Shown: positions 19,934 through 27,854 of the stretch, one piece after another
How positions within the stretch are numbered: position 1 is the first letter of the stretch
Layout: each line of letters begins with the position of its first letter
IMG/VR virus record: IMGVR_UViG_3300037420_000654
Location: 1 to 43,184 of that record
From: a virus
Taxonomy: Duplodnaviria > Caudoviricetes
Direction: 5' to 3' (one strand)
DNA length: 43,184 nucleotides
Translations under genes and position numbers: made by a program
The notes under the pieces: model-generated
The model's input: the letters and a program-made list of their open reading frames with translations, nothing else
Told to the model about the DNA's origin: nothing
Database searches by the model: none

Positions 19934-20922
19934 CGGTGCAGGGTTGTTGGGCACAGGTTGGTGTACCGCTTGAGCGACTTCCAATCTCGGTGCCCGGTCA
20001 CAAGTGCCACCTCCTGTATCTGGTAGCCCTGCTCAAACAGGCGCGACGTGCCCTCGTGCCGCAGGTCATGGAAGTGCAGGTCGGCAATCTGGAGACGCAC
20101 GCAGGCGCGGCGGAACGCGGCTCCGATGCTGTCCTCCTTGTAGGGGAAGATCAGCGGCCCCGTCTTGGGCTGGCGGTCGATGATGTCGGGCGCTTCCCCG
20201 AGCAGCGGCACCCACTGGTCGTTGCCTTCCTTCTGCTTCGGATCCTTGCGGTCCCGAATCAGGATCATGGGCTTTTTGCCGGGGCGGTAGTCCTCCCAGC
20301 GAATCCGCGCGATCTCGCCCATGCGCATGGCCGTCGCCACCGCAAACGGGATCAGGTCCGCCAGCGGGATACGGGCCACCGGGTTGTTGCGGAAGAACGT
20401 CACCAGCGCATCCAGCTCCTCCTTGGTCGGTCGGCGGTCCCGTTCCTCGGGCTTGCCTACCGCCCCCATCCGGCGCAACGTCGGGCGCGCGGCTGCCACC
20501 ACATCGGGAATCGTCATCCCCCACAGGGAACGCCCGGCAGCCAGCACCTCTGCAAGAAACCCCACCTCCATTGCCATCGTCGCCGGCCCCGCCTTGCGCT
20601 TGGCGACGTGATCCAGCACGTCCTGCCCGGTCAGCGTGGACACGTCGCGGTCGCCCAGCGATTCGGTCCAGCGTTTCAGGTTGCCCCGCTTGGTCGCACT
20701 CACCGGCTTGAACCGCCCCATTTCCTTCTGGTAACGGTCGATCAGGTCCGCCAGGGCCATGCTCCGCGACGGCAGCGTCTTCCCCGTGCGCAGGGCGTCC
20801 TCCGTGGCCTTCGCCCAGTCCTCGGCGGCCTTGCGCCCGTTGAACGTCTCGGACACGCTAGGATGGCCCTTGAGGCGAATCAGCGCCCGCCACTTCTTCC
20901 CCCGCCGCTCGATCACCGCCAT
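19930..20922 (-). CDS. int: Tyrosine integrase, dusA-associated type
   Basis: TAMRMGEI (R), RKDPK (K), HFHDLRHEGTSRLFE (HxxR), TGHRDWKSLKRYT (H,Y); ATG at 20922; adjacent dusA fragment. Confidence 0.95.
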   Translation of the reverse strand: MAVIERRGKKWRALIRLKGHPSVSETFNGRKAAEDWAKATEDALRTGKTLPSRSMALADLIDRYQKEMGRFKPVSATKRGNLKRWTESLGDRDVSTLTGQDVLDHVAKRKAGPATMAMEVGFLAEVLAAGRSLWGMTIPDVVAAARPTLRRMGAVGKPEERDRRPTKEELDALVTFFRNNPVARIPLADLIPFAVATAMRMGEIARIRWEDYRPGKKPMILIRDRKDPKQKEGNDQWVPLLGEAPDIIDRQPKTGPLIFPYKEDSIGAAFRRACVRLQIADLHFHDLRHEGTSRLFEQGYQIQEVALVTGHRDWKSLKRYTNLCPTTLHR

Positions 20923-20924
20923 CT

Positions 20925-21148
20925 TGGTACACCGCTTTCGGTCTGGTGCAGTGGCGGTACAGTAACGCGGGATCGAGGGGGAAAAACAGGGACTTAGCGG
21001 GGCATTTTCTTCCCGTCCGGCTGTGGATATGTCGCCTAAGTTGTTGAATGCAGGAGCCATTAGGCTCTCGGTCGCCCCGATGATGGATCGGGCGGATTCC
21101 TAACGAATCCGATGGGTTACACGGCCGCTGGTGCAGCAGTGGTACACC
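20925..21148. mobile_element. attP region: dusA-homologous core flanked by arm-type repeats
   Basis: Core ~21062-21088 encodes RLSVAPMMD; YGGTRCA repeats at 20925, 20944, 20955, 21129, 21140. Confidence 0.85.
21029..21103 (+). pseudogene. dusA: Replacement 5' end of dusA (tRNA-dihydrouridine synthase A)
   Basis: ATG 21029 reads MSPKLLNAGAIRLSVAPMMDRADS*; SVAPMMD is the conserved DusA N-terminal motif; match stops where WTDRHCR would follow. Confidence 0.85.
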
Positions 21149-21149
21149 G

Positions 21150-21365
21150 TCACCCAGCTTTACGCTGTCCGTCCCACCAATCAGCCACGTCTCGCACGTC
21201 CAACACGCCATTGATCGGCCTGGGAACGTCGCCACGGGCCACGCGGTTCTGCACGGCCTTGAGGGACAGCTTCGGCAGGAACTCGCGCCGGAAGGCGTCC
21301 AGCTCCATCACCGGGCCATACTGCCCATACAGCAACCAGAACGTCGATTTCTCTGCTGCGCTCAT
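21150..21365 (-). CDS. PrtN-like winged-helix protein, probable excisionase
   Basis: T.FWLLYGQYG..., LDVRDVADWWD; directly upstream of attP/int. Confidence 0.7.
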   Translation of the reverse strand: MSAAEKSTFWLLYGQYGPVMELDAFRREFLPKLSLKAVQNRVARGDVPRPINGVLDVRDVADWWDGQRKAG

Positions 21366-21393
21366 CCTGCCATCCAGACGTGGGCGTGGTGGG

Positions 21394-21525
21394 TCATGGC
21401 TTCTGGCATGTGTTGTGTTTCCGCGCGTCGTCCTGCGCTGCGCTGTAGCCGATCGCGAAGAACACGAACAACAGGTACATCACGACCAGCCAACTAGCAC
21501 CCGACTTTTTCGGTTGTTCGCTCAC
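21394..21525 (-). CDS. Small membrane protein (43 aa)
   Basis: GGAG RBS, GTG start, WLVVMYLLFVFFAIGY segment. Confidence 0.55.
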   Translation of the reverse strand: MSEQPKKSGASWLVVMYLLFVFFAIGYSAAQDDARKHNTCQKP

Positions 21526-21650
21526 GTCTCCTTCGCCTCCGGGGTGGGGCGGACTGCAACGCCTCGGCGAAAGCCGTCGAGCCATCCGATTTGGTAGCCG
21601 GTGAAGCAGCCGATAGCCGCTGCAACAAAGACGAATATGGCAAGCATCAT
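21522..21650 (-). CDS. Small membrane protein (42 aa)
   Basis: MMLAIFVFVAAAIGCFTGYQIGWLDGFRRG...; overlaps both neighbours. Confidence 0.55.
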   Translation of the reverse strand: MMLAIFVFVAAAIGCFTGYQIGWLDGFRRGVAVRPTPEAKET

Positions 21651-21988
21651 CACTTCCCCTCCCCACCAGGCACGGGAACCAGCGCGACGCCCAGCTTGTT
21701 GATGACGTATTCGAGCGCCGAAAAGTAGTCGTCATCTACAGCGCTATGCCCGTGCATGCCCCAGCGGCCTTCGGGGCGGTTGTAGTCGGCATGCAATTGC
21801 GCGTGCAGCCCCTTCACCCGTTCCTCCATCCCCCGCAACCGCTCGTAATCGGCGGTGAGACGGGTGAAGTGATCGACCACAATGCAGCGAATCCGGTGGG
21901 CGATGATTCCACTGCCAAGACCTTCGGCCCCGTCGCACTCACGCGCGAGATTGACTAGGTCAGCCCGCAGGCGTTCGATGTCGGTCAT
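21650..21988 (-). CDS. Hypothetical early protein
   Basis: Overlapping start/stop chain with neighbours. Confidence 0.65.
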   Translation of the reverse strand: MTDIERLRADLVNLARECDGAEGLGSGIIAHRIRCIVVDHFTRLTADYERLRGMEERVKGLHAQLHADYNRPEGRWGMHGHSAVDDDYFSALEYVINKLGVALVPVPGGEGK

Positions 21989-22332
21989 GGGCGGCGGTCC
22001 TTAAGGGCGGCGTCGATGGCGTCGCGCCATGCGGCCTTTGATGGAAACAGGGTGTCCCAGCGTTTGTCGGACATTGCGACACCTTCAATGCGGCATTGAC
22101 GCATCGCAGCCGCGATAGCTCGCTCAACCGTCGCGTCAGTCACGACCGCATCCCGCCCATCCCGCTCCCGCTGGGCCGCGAGTTGGGATTGGAGGGATTC
22201 GCGTCCTGCGCGAAATGCGGCGTTCCAGACGATCGCGAAGTCGTCGTCAAGGGCGTGCCGATGCAGGTCGCGCATGAGTCGCTGGAATTGCGCGCATCGT
22301 GGGGCGGCCACTTCGGCGGGGGTGTCAGTCAT
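21985..22332 (-). CDS. Hypothetical early protein
   Basis: MTDTPAEV..., GGAGG RBS, ATGA overlaps. Confidence 0.6.
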   Translation of the reverse strand: MTDTPAEVAAPRCAQFQRLMRDLHRHALDDDFAIVWNAAFRAGRESLQSQLAAQRERDGRDAVVTDATVERAIAAAMRQCRIEGVAMSDKRWDTLFPSKAAWRDAIDAALKDRRP

Positions 22333-22724
22333 CCCAGCCTCCCGCCATCTTCGGCTTCGGCATCCGGGTTCGCGTTGAGCCAATCGCGTACGTCCTGCTG
22401 ACAGTCGGGGTCGCCCTTGAACCGCGAAACCTTCACCGGCCCATTGCCTTCCCCTTGGTCCTGCGCGGCGAGGACGGCTTCTAGTTCGGTCGCGCACTCG
22501 CGTTTGTGATGTGCGCTTCCCCCCGCGAGGTAGTCGGCCTCATCCCGCCACTTAGCGGGCAAGGCAGACACCCCCGGCGCGGCCTGCGCGCTGGCGGTGA
22601 GGGCGGCACGGATGGCGACGACTTCATCGCCGATGCGGTCGAATAGATCGCCTTTCTCTTGGGAAAGGCGGTTGACTTCATGCGCAAGCCGCGTAAGACG
22701 CGCCTCAATCTGTTCCCTGCTCAT
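22329..22724 (-). CDS. Hypothetical early protein
   Basis: MSREQIEARL..., ATGA overlaps. Confidence 0.6.
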   Translation of the reverse strand: MSREQIEARLTRLAHEVNRLSQEKGDLFDRIGDEVVAIRAALTASAQAAPGVSALPAKWRDEADYLAGGSAHHKRECATELEAVLAAQDQGEGNGPVKVSRFKGDPDCQQDVRDWLNANPDAEAEDGGRLG

Positions 22725-23086
22725 CGGCTTGCCTCGGTCGGGGCGGCGGGAAGGGGAGGAAACCAGTGCGTTGCCTGCACGTCGTAATCCCAGTCGCCTT
22801 CCCAGTAGGTGTTGTTGTCCATCCGCAGCGTGACGACGACCGGACGCTTGTAATAGGCGGACCACACGACCCAGTACGGCGCTTCCTTCGGCGCTGTCTC
22901 AATCGGCTGCCACCACGACTGCTTCATCAGGTCGATGGCGGCGGTGATTTGGTCGTCGATGTTTTCCGCTTGGATGATGAGGTCTTGGCGCGTGTAGAGG
23001 CTTTGCGAGCACACGCAAACCAACAAGGTCTGCGCAGACTTGAGCGCCTCCAATACAGCGACGTGGGCCGCATGGAGGGTGGTCAT
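22721..23086 (-). CDS. DUF551-like phage protein
   Basis: WQPIETAPK ... ATHWFPPLPAAP. Confidence 0.7.
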   Translation of the reverse strand: MTTLHAAHVAVLEALKSAQTLLVCVCSQSLYTRQDLIIQAENIDDQITAAIDLMKQSWWQPIETAPKEAPYWVVWSAYYKRPVVVTLRMDNNTYWEGDWDYDVQATHWFPPLPAAPTEASR

Positions 23087-23364
23087 GGGTAGAGCCTCAT
23101 GTATTTGATGGCGTCGTCCGCGAAATCGGCGGCTAGCTTCGTGCGGGAAGCCAGCGAATTAATCGGCTTGTCGCCGCGCGTCCACCCTTCCGCGCTAATG
23201 CACGAAGGCAGGGCAGCCAGAAAGGCGCGATTCCACGCCGCGTTCTGACGCTTGGTTCGCTCGCGCTCGGTCAACGCGCGCTGCTTTCGGCGCTGGCCGG
23301 CGACGTAGCCTTTCGCATAGCCGCGCTTCTCGGCCGCGCGCGTCTCGTCATCCTTCCCACTCAT
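23083..23364 (-). CDS. Hypothetical early protein
   Basis: ATGA overlaps both sides. Confidence 0.65.
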   Translation of the reverse strand: MSGKDDETRAAEKRGYAKGYVAGQRRKQRALTERERTKRQNAAWNRAFLAALPSCISAEGWTRGDKPINSLASRTKLAADFADDAIKYMRLYP

Positions 23365-23948
23365 GGCGACTGCGGCTCCTTGAGGTTGGCGGAGGTGGCG
23401 AGGGCGATGCGGATGAACGTGCGCGGCGTGTCCACGTCGAAGCGCATGGACTCGTGGATGCAGTCGGGGGACAGCAGGTAGCCGACATTCGCCGGCAGGA
23501 CTTCGCCCTCCGGCAGCGTCAGATGCGACAGGTCGCCGTCATTGCGTGGCTCGCCTACGAAATCACCCGCCCACGCGCGGCAGCCCGACACGCTCGACGC
23601 GACGATGACCGCCATGCGCGGGATCGGCAGGTGGTTGCAGTAGTGGTTCCAGCCGCCCCAGCGGTTCAGCGACGGAATAAAGCACCCATCGACGTGCGGA
23701 CCCGGCCGCCGCTGCGACATGCCGGCCTGTACGACCTTCTCGTCCACGGTGAGAAACGCTTGCCCCTGCGCCCCGGCAGCCCGCAGCAATGCGGTCACGG
23801 GCGCGAGGTAGTCGTCATACCCCTCGGGTACGGATGGCGCAGCGGCGTCCAGTGCGTGCATGTAGAACTGGCGGCCCTTGTCGGGCGACGGCAGCGCCAC
23901 ACCACACAGCGGACGGTAGCGGCTGACCAAAACGGAATTGCGCTCCAT
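23361..23948 (-). CDS. Putative 2OG-Fe(II) oxygenase-fold protein
   Basis: QRRPGPHVDG (HxD) ... IHES (distal His) ... RTFIRI (Arg); AAGGA RBS. Confidence 0.6.
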   Translation of the reverse strand: MERNSVLVSRYRPLCGVALPSPDKGRQFYMHALDAAAPSVPEGYDDYLAPVTALLRAAGAQGQAFLTVDEKVVQAGMSQRRPGPHVDGCFIPSLNRWGGWNHYCNHLPIPRMAVIVASSVSGCRAWAGDFVGEPRNDGDLSHLTLPEGEVLPANVGYLLSPDCIHESMRFDVDTPRTFIRIALATSANLKEPQSP

Positions 23949-23972
23949 GTGCGTTCCTTTAGGCGGCTTGGG

Positions 23973-24245
23973 TTAGAAGTTCGGCAGGCCGTCGTCATCG
24001 AAGTCATCGCGCGGCTTGCTCTGCGGCTCGGTCCGCTTGCCGTCCGGCTTCCACTCATCCACGGCCGCGTACCACTTGCCGCCCTGCGATACCTTCACGT
24101 CCGCGTTGATCCAGTCGCCCTGCTGCGCTTGCAGCCACGCCATCAACTCCTGGCGCTTGATGGAAAGCTTCGCCTTGACGTACTCGGGGGCGCGCTCGTT
24201 GGGGGCCTTCACAATCAGCCCTTCGATAAACTTGGCGTCACTCAT
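23973..24245 (-). CDS. Probable single-stranded DNA-binding protein
   Basis: Follows ERF and exonuclease; acidic tail DDFDDDGLPNF. Confidence 0.65.
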   Translation of the reverse strand: MSDAKFIEGLIVKAPNERAPEYVKAKLSIKRQELMAWLQAQQGDWINADVKVSQGGKWYAAVDEWKPDGKRTEPQSKPRDDFDDDGLPNF

Positions 24246-24841
24246 GCTGCGATCTCCTGTGCGGTAAGGACTTCCGCCCAAACAGCCGCGCACTCGGCCG
24301 CCAGTCGGTTGATGAATTGCTCGTCGCGCGCGACGTGAACCACCGCGAGGTCATGTGTCGGCTCGTAGAAGCTGGCGAACTTGACCCACTGCCGGCCCGT
24401 CACCCACAACCCGCCCTGACACTGCGGGTAGTAGTCGTCCGGGCATCGTTGCGATTCGACGGTCCTCAGATGCCGCGCCTCCAGATACGGGGACTTGATC
24501 TCCAGCAGCCCGTCGTCTCCCAGCAGTCCGTCCGGCGAGAAGCCCACGTAGTCCAGTGTGGGATGTGGAATCCAGGCGGCGTGCGCGACCTCCACGCCAT
24601 GCAGGAACTCAAACAGCGCGCAGGCAATCGGTTCGCAGCGCGTACCGTGAGCCATGAACTCGTTGACCTCCACGGGCGTCAGTACGCCGGTTTCCCGTTC
24701 CACTCGCAGGTTGGCGATCAGATCGCGGCGCGGCTTGTTCGGCTGGCCGGTGCGCTTGTTCAGCGCCAACACGTCCGCAAACCGGCTGCCACTGATCTTC
24801 CCGGCCTTGATCGCCAGCCATTCGGGGGAGCCCTGAATCAC
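24242..24841 (-). CDS. YqaJ / lambda-exonuclease family nuclease
   Basis: QGSPEWL, SPDGL, LEIKSP, YYPQCQGGLWVTGR. Confidence 0.92.
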   Translation of the reverse strand: MIQGSPEWLAIKAGKISGSRFADVLALNKRTGQPNKPRRDLIANLRVERETGVLTPVEVNEFMAHGTRCEPIACALFEFLHGVEVAHAAWIPHPTLDYVGFSPDGLLGDDGLLEIKSPYLEARHLRTVESQRCPDDYYPQCQGGLWVTGRQWVKFASFYEPTHDLAVVHVARDEQFINRLAAECAAVWAEVLTAQEIAA

Positions 24842-25401
24842 GCGGCCTGCTTCCGCTTGAACGCGGCGATGGCGGCGTCGAACTTGGCGGCCGGCAATTC
24901 CTCCACCTTGGCGATGCCAAACGCCTTGCAGAACTTCGCCTCGTCGCTCTGTGTCTCAGCGATCCAGTCGCGGAGCGTTGCCACCTGGTCGGCGCTGACG
25001 GGCTTGTTCGCTGCTGCGGTGGCCGCGTTGCCGTCGTCGTCCTCCGGCGCGATCCCGACCAAGGCCATGAGGGCATAGCGGCGTGCATACGTCAGCGCGG
25101 AGCCCTCGCCCTGCGGATCGGCCTTCACCGGATGCACGGGGTAGCGGCCAGCGATCCATTCGCCCGACTCGTGGATGAGGCGGGTGATGAGGATGGTCTG
25201 CGCGTGCTCGATGTCGGTCTGCTGCACGATGGCGATGCCGCAATCCCGCAGGGGCTTGGCAACCGCCTCCAGCACGCCATCCAGCGCCACGTACTTGGAC
25301 TTGAAGTGCGGGTTGGTCGCGTCCTTGATCGCGGGCTTGAACGCCGCCTGCGCCTTCAGGAAGGCCGGCATGAACGCGGAAATGGAATCACTGGTAAGCA
25401 C
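24838..25401 (-). CDS. ERF-family single-strand annealing protein
   Basis: KDATNPHFKSKY, LIHESGEW, GSALTYARRYAL, EDDDGNAA; GTG 25401 with GGAG RBS. Confidence 0.92.
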   Translation of the reverse strand: MLTSDSISAFMPAFLKAQAAFKPAIKDATNPHFKSKYVALDGVLEAVAKPLRDCGIAIVQQTDIEHAQTILITRLIHESGEWIAGRYPVHPVKADPQGEGSALTYARRYALMALVGIAPEDDDGNAATAAANKPVSADQVATLRDWIAETQSDEAKFCKAFGIAKVEELPAAKFDAAIAAFKRKQAA

Positions 25402-25588
25402 GTCGTTCTCCGGCAAGGTCAGGGGCCGCATCCGCCATCGCGTCGCGCGCGTACTGCTCGGCCATGCGGGCTTCTTCGGGGGTGTAGGTGGAGGCGGGCA
25501 TGGCACCACTCATGCCTCGGGGTCGGTTCGCTTGCGCTGAGTCGCCCGTCGCGGGATCGGTATGCGCGCCTCCATAGAACTTGTTCAC
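25388..25588 (-). CDS. Hypothetical protein
   Basis: GGAG RBS, overlap chain. Confidence 0.5.
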   Translation of the reverse strand: MNKFYGGAHTDPATGDSAQANRPRGMSGAMPASTYTPEEARMAEQYARDAMADAAPDLAGERRAYQ

Positions 25589-25791
25589 GCAATCTCCCTA
25601 GCCGCGCACACGCGCCGCGCGAGATCCTGGAAGTCCGGCACCACGCCGTCCTTCGTCTGCGCCGACTGCTCCTTGGCCAGCAGGAAGTTGTCGAGGGCAT
25701 CGACGGGCGCGGGCAGGTTGTTGGGCCACACAAGCTGGGCCAGCGCACGGCCGACGTACTTGGTCAGGCGGGGATCGTCAGGCTGGATCAC
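25585..25791 (-). CDS. Hypothetical protein
   Basis: GTG 25791 overlaps upstream stop; coding-like codon use. Confidence 0.55.
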   Translation of the reverse strand: MIQPDDPRLTKYVGRALAQLVWPNNLPAPVDALDNFLLAKEQSAQTKDGVVPDFQDLARRVCAAREIA

Positions 25792-25916
25792 GAGATCACC
25801 CCCGTCGCACGGAGAACCCACACCACGACCCAAACTGCGCCAGCGAGAAGCGCGAGGTTGAGAACGAGTGCCACCACGATCCAAGCGCCTGCATACGCGC
25901 CGAATTGCTTGAACAT
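25788..25916 (-). CDS. Small membrane protein (42 aa)
   Basis: AAGGAG RBS; MFKQFGAYAGAWIVVALVLNLALLAGAVWVVVWVLRATGVIS*. Confidence 0.6.
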   Translation of the reverse strand: MFKQFGAYAGAWIVVALVLNLALLAGAVWVVVWVLRATGVIS

Positions 25917-26014
25917 TCCGTTATCTCCTTGTCAGTCAGCAGCATTACGATGAAAGCGAGCGTGCCACCCAGGCCGAGGCCGATCAGCAGCCAGAACACG
26001 TTGTCGAAGGTCAT
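25796..26014 (-). CDS. Small membrane protein
   Basis: GGAGG RBS; MTFDNVFWLLIGLGLGGTLAFIVMLL; 3' part overlaps next gene in another frame. Confidence 0.5.
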   Translation of the reverse strand: MTFDNVFWLLIGLGLGGTLAFIVMLLTDKEITECSSNSARMQALGSWWHSFSTSRFSLAQFGSWCGFSVRRG

Positions 26015-26103
26015 GGCTGCCTCCCGAACACGGAGATCGCCAGCAGAATCCAGAAGGCGCTCCAGATGAGGAACAGGCCGAACTCGAAGGCGAGGCGCTT
26101 CAT
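26011..26103 (-). CDS. Small membrane peptide (30 aa)
   Basis: GGAGG RBS; MKRLAFEFGLFLIWSAFWILLAISVFGRQP*; ATGA overlaps both sides. Confidence 0.6.
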   Translation of the reverse strand: MKRLAFEFGLFLIWSAFWILLAISVFGRQP

Positions 26104-26297
26104 GCGTGTTCCTCCCCGAACATGTCCTTGGCGAGCTTGCGCATGTCGTCGGCCAGTTCGCGGTATTCGCGCTCCTTGTCCGCGCGCTGCTCGGCGGAGT
26201 AGCGGGGGCAGACGGCATAGGCATCGGCTTCCGCATCCAGTGCGGCGGCCTTCGCTTCGGCGGCGCGTGCGAGCGCCTGTGTGTACGGATCGCTCAT
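26100..26297 (-). CDS. Hypothetical protein
   Basis: MSDPYTQ...; GAGG RBS; ATGA overlap. Confidence 0.65.
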   Translation of the reverse strand: MSDPYTQALARAAEAKAAALDAEADAYAVCPRYSAEQRADKEREYRELADDMRKLAKDMFGEEHA

Positions 26298-26497
26298 ACG
26301 TCCTCCCCGTTGTATTCGTCCCATGCCTGCTGCTGGAACTCGGCCCATGCGTCGGCGTTGGCTTCGGCAAAGGCGGTGAGCAGCCACGGGCCGTTCTCTT
26401 TCAGCCAGTCGCGGCGTTCGGCCGATTCGCGGGCGATGGCGGCGTCGGCGTTCGCTTCGTTGCGATCCAGTACGCGGTCGATGTCGTCGTAGGTCAT
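26294..26497 (-). CDS. Hypothetical acidic protein
   Basis: GGAGG RBS; ATGA overlap. Confidence 0.65.
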   Translation of the reverse strand: MTYDDIDRVLDRNEANADAAIARESAERRDWLKENGPWLLTAFAEANADAWAEFQQQAWDEYNGEDV

Positions 26498-26748
26498 GGG
26501 GTGCCTCCGCAGCGGACGAGGGCAGTGCGCAGGAACTTGGCGGTTCCGCCGTTCTTGTTGATCGGGACCGGATTGCCTTCGTAGTTGTCGAGACTGTCGA
26601 GGTGCGCATCCGCCGCGTCGATCAACCCATCCACGGCAGCGATTGCTTGTTCCGCCTCGTCCAGCAGGGCGCTCATGGCCGGAGTCCGATTGCCCTCATG
26701 CACGCGCACGATTGCGGCGAGCGAGGCAATGACCGACTTCACATCCAC
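26494..26748 (-). CDS. Hypothetical protein (start uncertain)
   Basis: 3' part of track ORF 26494..27252 is protein-like and overlaps next start. Confidence 0.45.
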   Translation of the reverse strand: MDVKSVIASLAAIVRVHEGNRTPAMSALLDEAEQAIAAVDGLIDAADAHLDSLDNYEGNPVPINKNGGTAKFLRTALVRCGGTP

Positions 26749-26801
26749 CGGCTGTGGGCAATTTGTGCCCACCGGGCCGAAGCCTTGAAGGTCGCACGGT
26801 C

Positions 26802-26990
26802 TCACAGCTCTACCCCCGCGACGTTCCCGAACGGCCACAGGCAGCCTTTGATGTCGTCCTCGCGCTCCCGAATCCGCGCGTCGTAGTCCTTGCGGTCCTG
26901 CGGCTTGGTCGGGATGCGCTCGCTGTGATGGGCGCGCGTGATGAGCTGCGCCACGAGCTGGACCGGCGAGTGGGCGAGGATGGCGGGCAT
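26802..26990 (-). CDS. Hypothetical protein
   Basis: Purine-rich RBS, follows upstream stop by 2 nt. Confidence 0.55.
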   Translation of the reverse strand: MPAILAHSPVQLVAQLITRAHHSERIPTKPQDRKDYDARIREREDDIKGCLWPFGNVAGVEL

Positions 26991-26992
26991 GG

Positions 26993-27238
26993 CTAGATTC
27001 CCCCTTCATAAGCAAGTGCTTCGGCATCGTCCTGGCGGACCCAAACGCCGCCGGCCCACGTGTAAAGGCGCGAGGACCATCCCGCTGGATCACGAACTGA
27101 GCGGATGAGTAACCCGATGGGCGCAGGCGCAAACCCTTTGCGGGCGGCCTTCTCGACAAGCACCGGGTAATACGGATTGGCCCGATACGCGATGGCTGAC
27201 TCGCGCACGTCCCGCACATAGAGATCTGCGTACTCCAT
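26993..27238 (-). CDS. Hypothetical protein
   Basis: GAGG RBS; MEYADLYVRD... Confidence 0.55.
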   Translation of the reverse strand: MEYADLYVRDVRESAIAYRANPYYPVLVEKAARKGFAPAPIGLLIRSVRDPAGWSSRLYTWAGGVWVRQDDAEALAYEGGI

Positions 27239-27248
27239 CGCTGCGACC

Positions 27249-27446
27249 TCAAAGGGCCGCGCGCTGGGCGGCGCGGATGGAGATGGAGTTGAGCCGCGAA
27301 GCGCGGCGGATGAAATGCCGCGTGGCGCTTCGGTTGTTGATGGAGGCGGCATTGGCCGCCGCCCGCGTGCAGACCGAAGCCTCGGCCCGCGCGGTGTCCG
27401 CCAGGATGGAGAGCTGGATGGCGCGGTGGGTGGATGCGCGGATCAT
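27249..27446 (-). CDS. First gene of early-left operon, Arg-rich (N-like position)
   Basis: GGAG RBS ~40 nt below pL; basic Arg/Ala-rich 65 aa. Confidence 0.55.
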   Translation of the reverse strand: MIRASTHRAIQLSILADTARAEASVCTRAAANAASINNRSATRHFIRRASRLNSISIRAAQRAAL

Positions 27447-27486
27447 TTGGACTCTCCCTGCCAGCGGGGTTGCTGGCGATGGGAGA

Positions 27487-27515
27487 AGCCTAAACGAACC
27501 ACTTAGTCAAGTCAA
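27487..27515 (-). promoter_or_regulatory. pL-like sigma70 promoter
   Basis: TTGACT-N17-TAGGCT on minus strand. Confidence 0.75.
27490..27506. promoter_or_regulatory. Candidate left operator
   Basis: CTAAACGAACCACTTAG, 14/17 identical to 28380-28396; overlaps pL. Confidence 0.65.
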
Positions 27516-27570
27516 CAAAGAATTTAGTCTTTGGACGGTTTGCCGACGAACGGCATTTATCCACAGGCAG

Positions 27571-27592
27571 AAAAAAGCCCGCATGCGCGGGC
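27571..27592 (-). terminator. Terminator of repressor operon
   Basis: Minus strand GCCCGC-GCAT-GCGGGC-T6. Confidence 0.75.
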
Positions 27593-27620
27593 CAAGTTCC
27601 AGCGGACGACAGGGGAGGGT

Positions 27621-27854
27621 CTAACTGCGGGTGGACAGGACGCGCAGCGCGAGCGGGCAGTTGGCCTTGATCGCCTCGAACTCACCTCGTGCGCGGCGGG
27701 AATAGGCCAGCAGGTCACGCAGCGCCACGATTTCTTCGTCGGTCAAAGGGGCAACGCGCTTCGTGCGGCGTTCCGGTGCATGCAGAGGAATCACGTTGTC
27801 TTCCTCTGCGTTATTTGCCGCGCTTGCCGTCTCCGTCAGTTCCTGGTGCTCCAT
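27621..27854 (-). CDS. Hypothetical protein co-transcribed with repressor
   Basis: GGAGG RBS; NVIPL motif; between repressor and terminator. Confidence 0.65.
   Translation of the reverse strand: MEHQELTETASAANNAEEDNVIPLHAPERRTKRVAPLTDEEIVALRDLLAYSRRARGEFEAIKANCPLALRVLSTRS

Noticed and set aside
16378-20922. Invertible tail-fibre shufflon driven by the recombinase
   Set aside because: No inverted crossover repeats or reversed fibre cassettes seen; dusA attP explains the enzyme.
20923-21060. 46 aa N-terminal extension of integrase in the ORF track
   Set aside because: Runs through attP arm repeats and antisense to the dusA fragment; integrase-like sequence starts at 20922.
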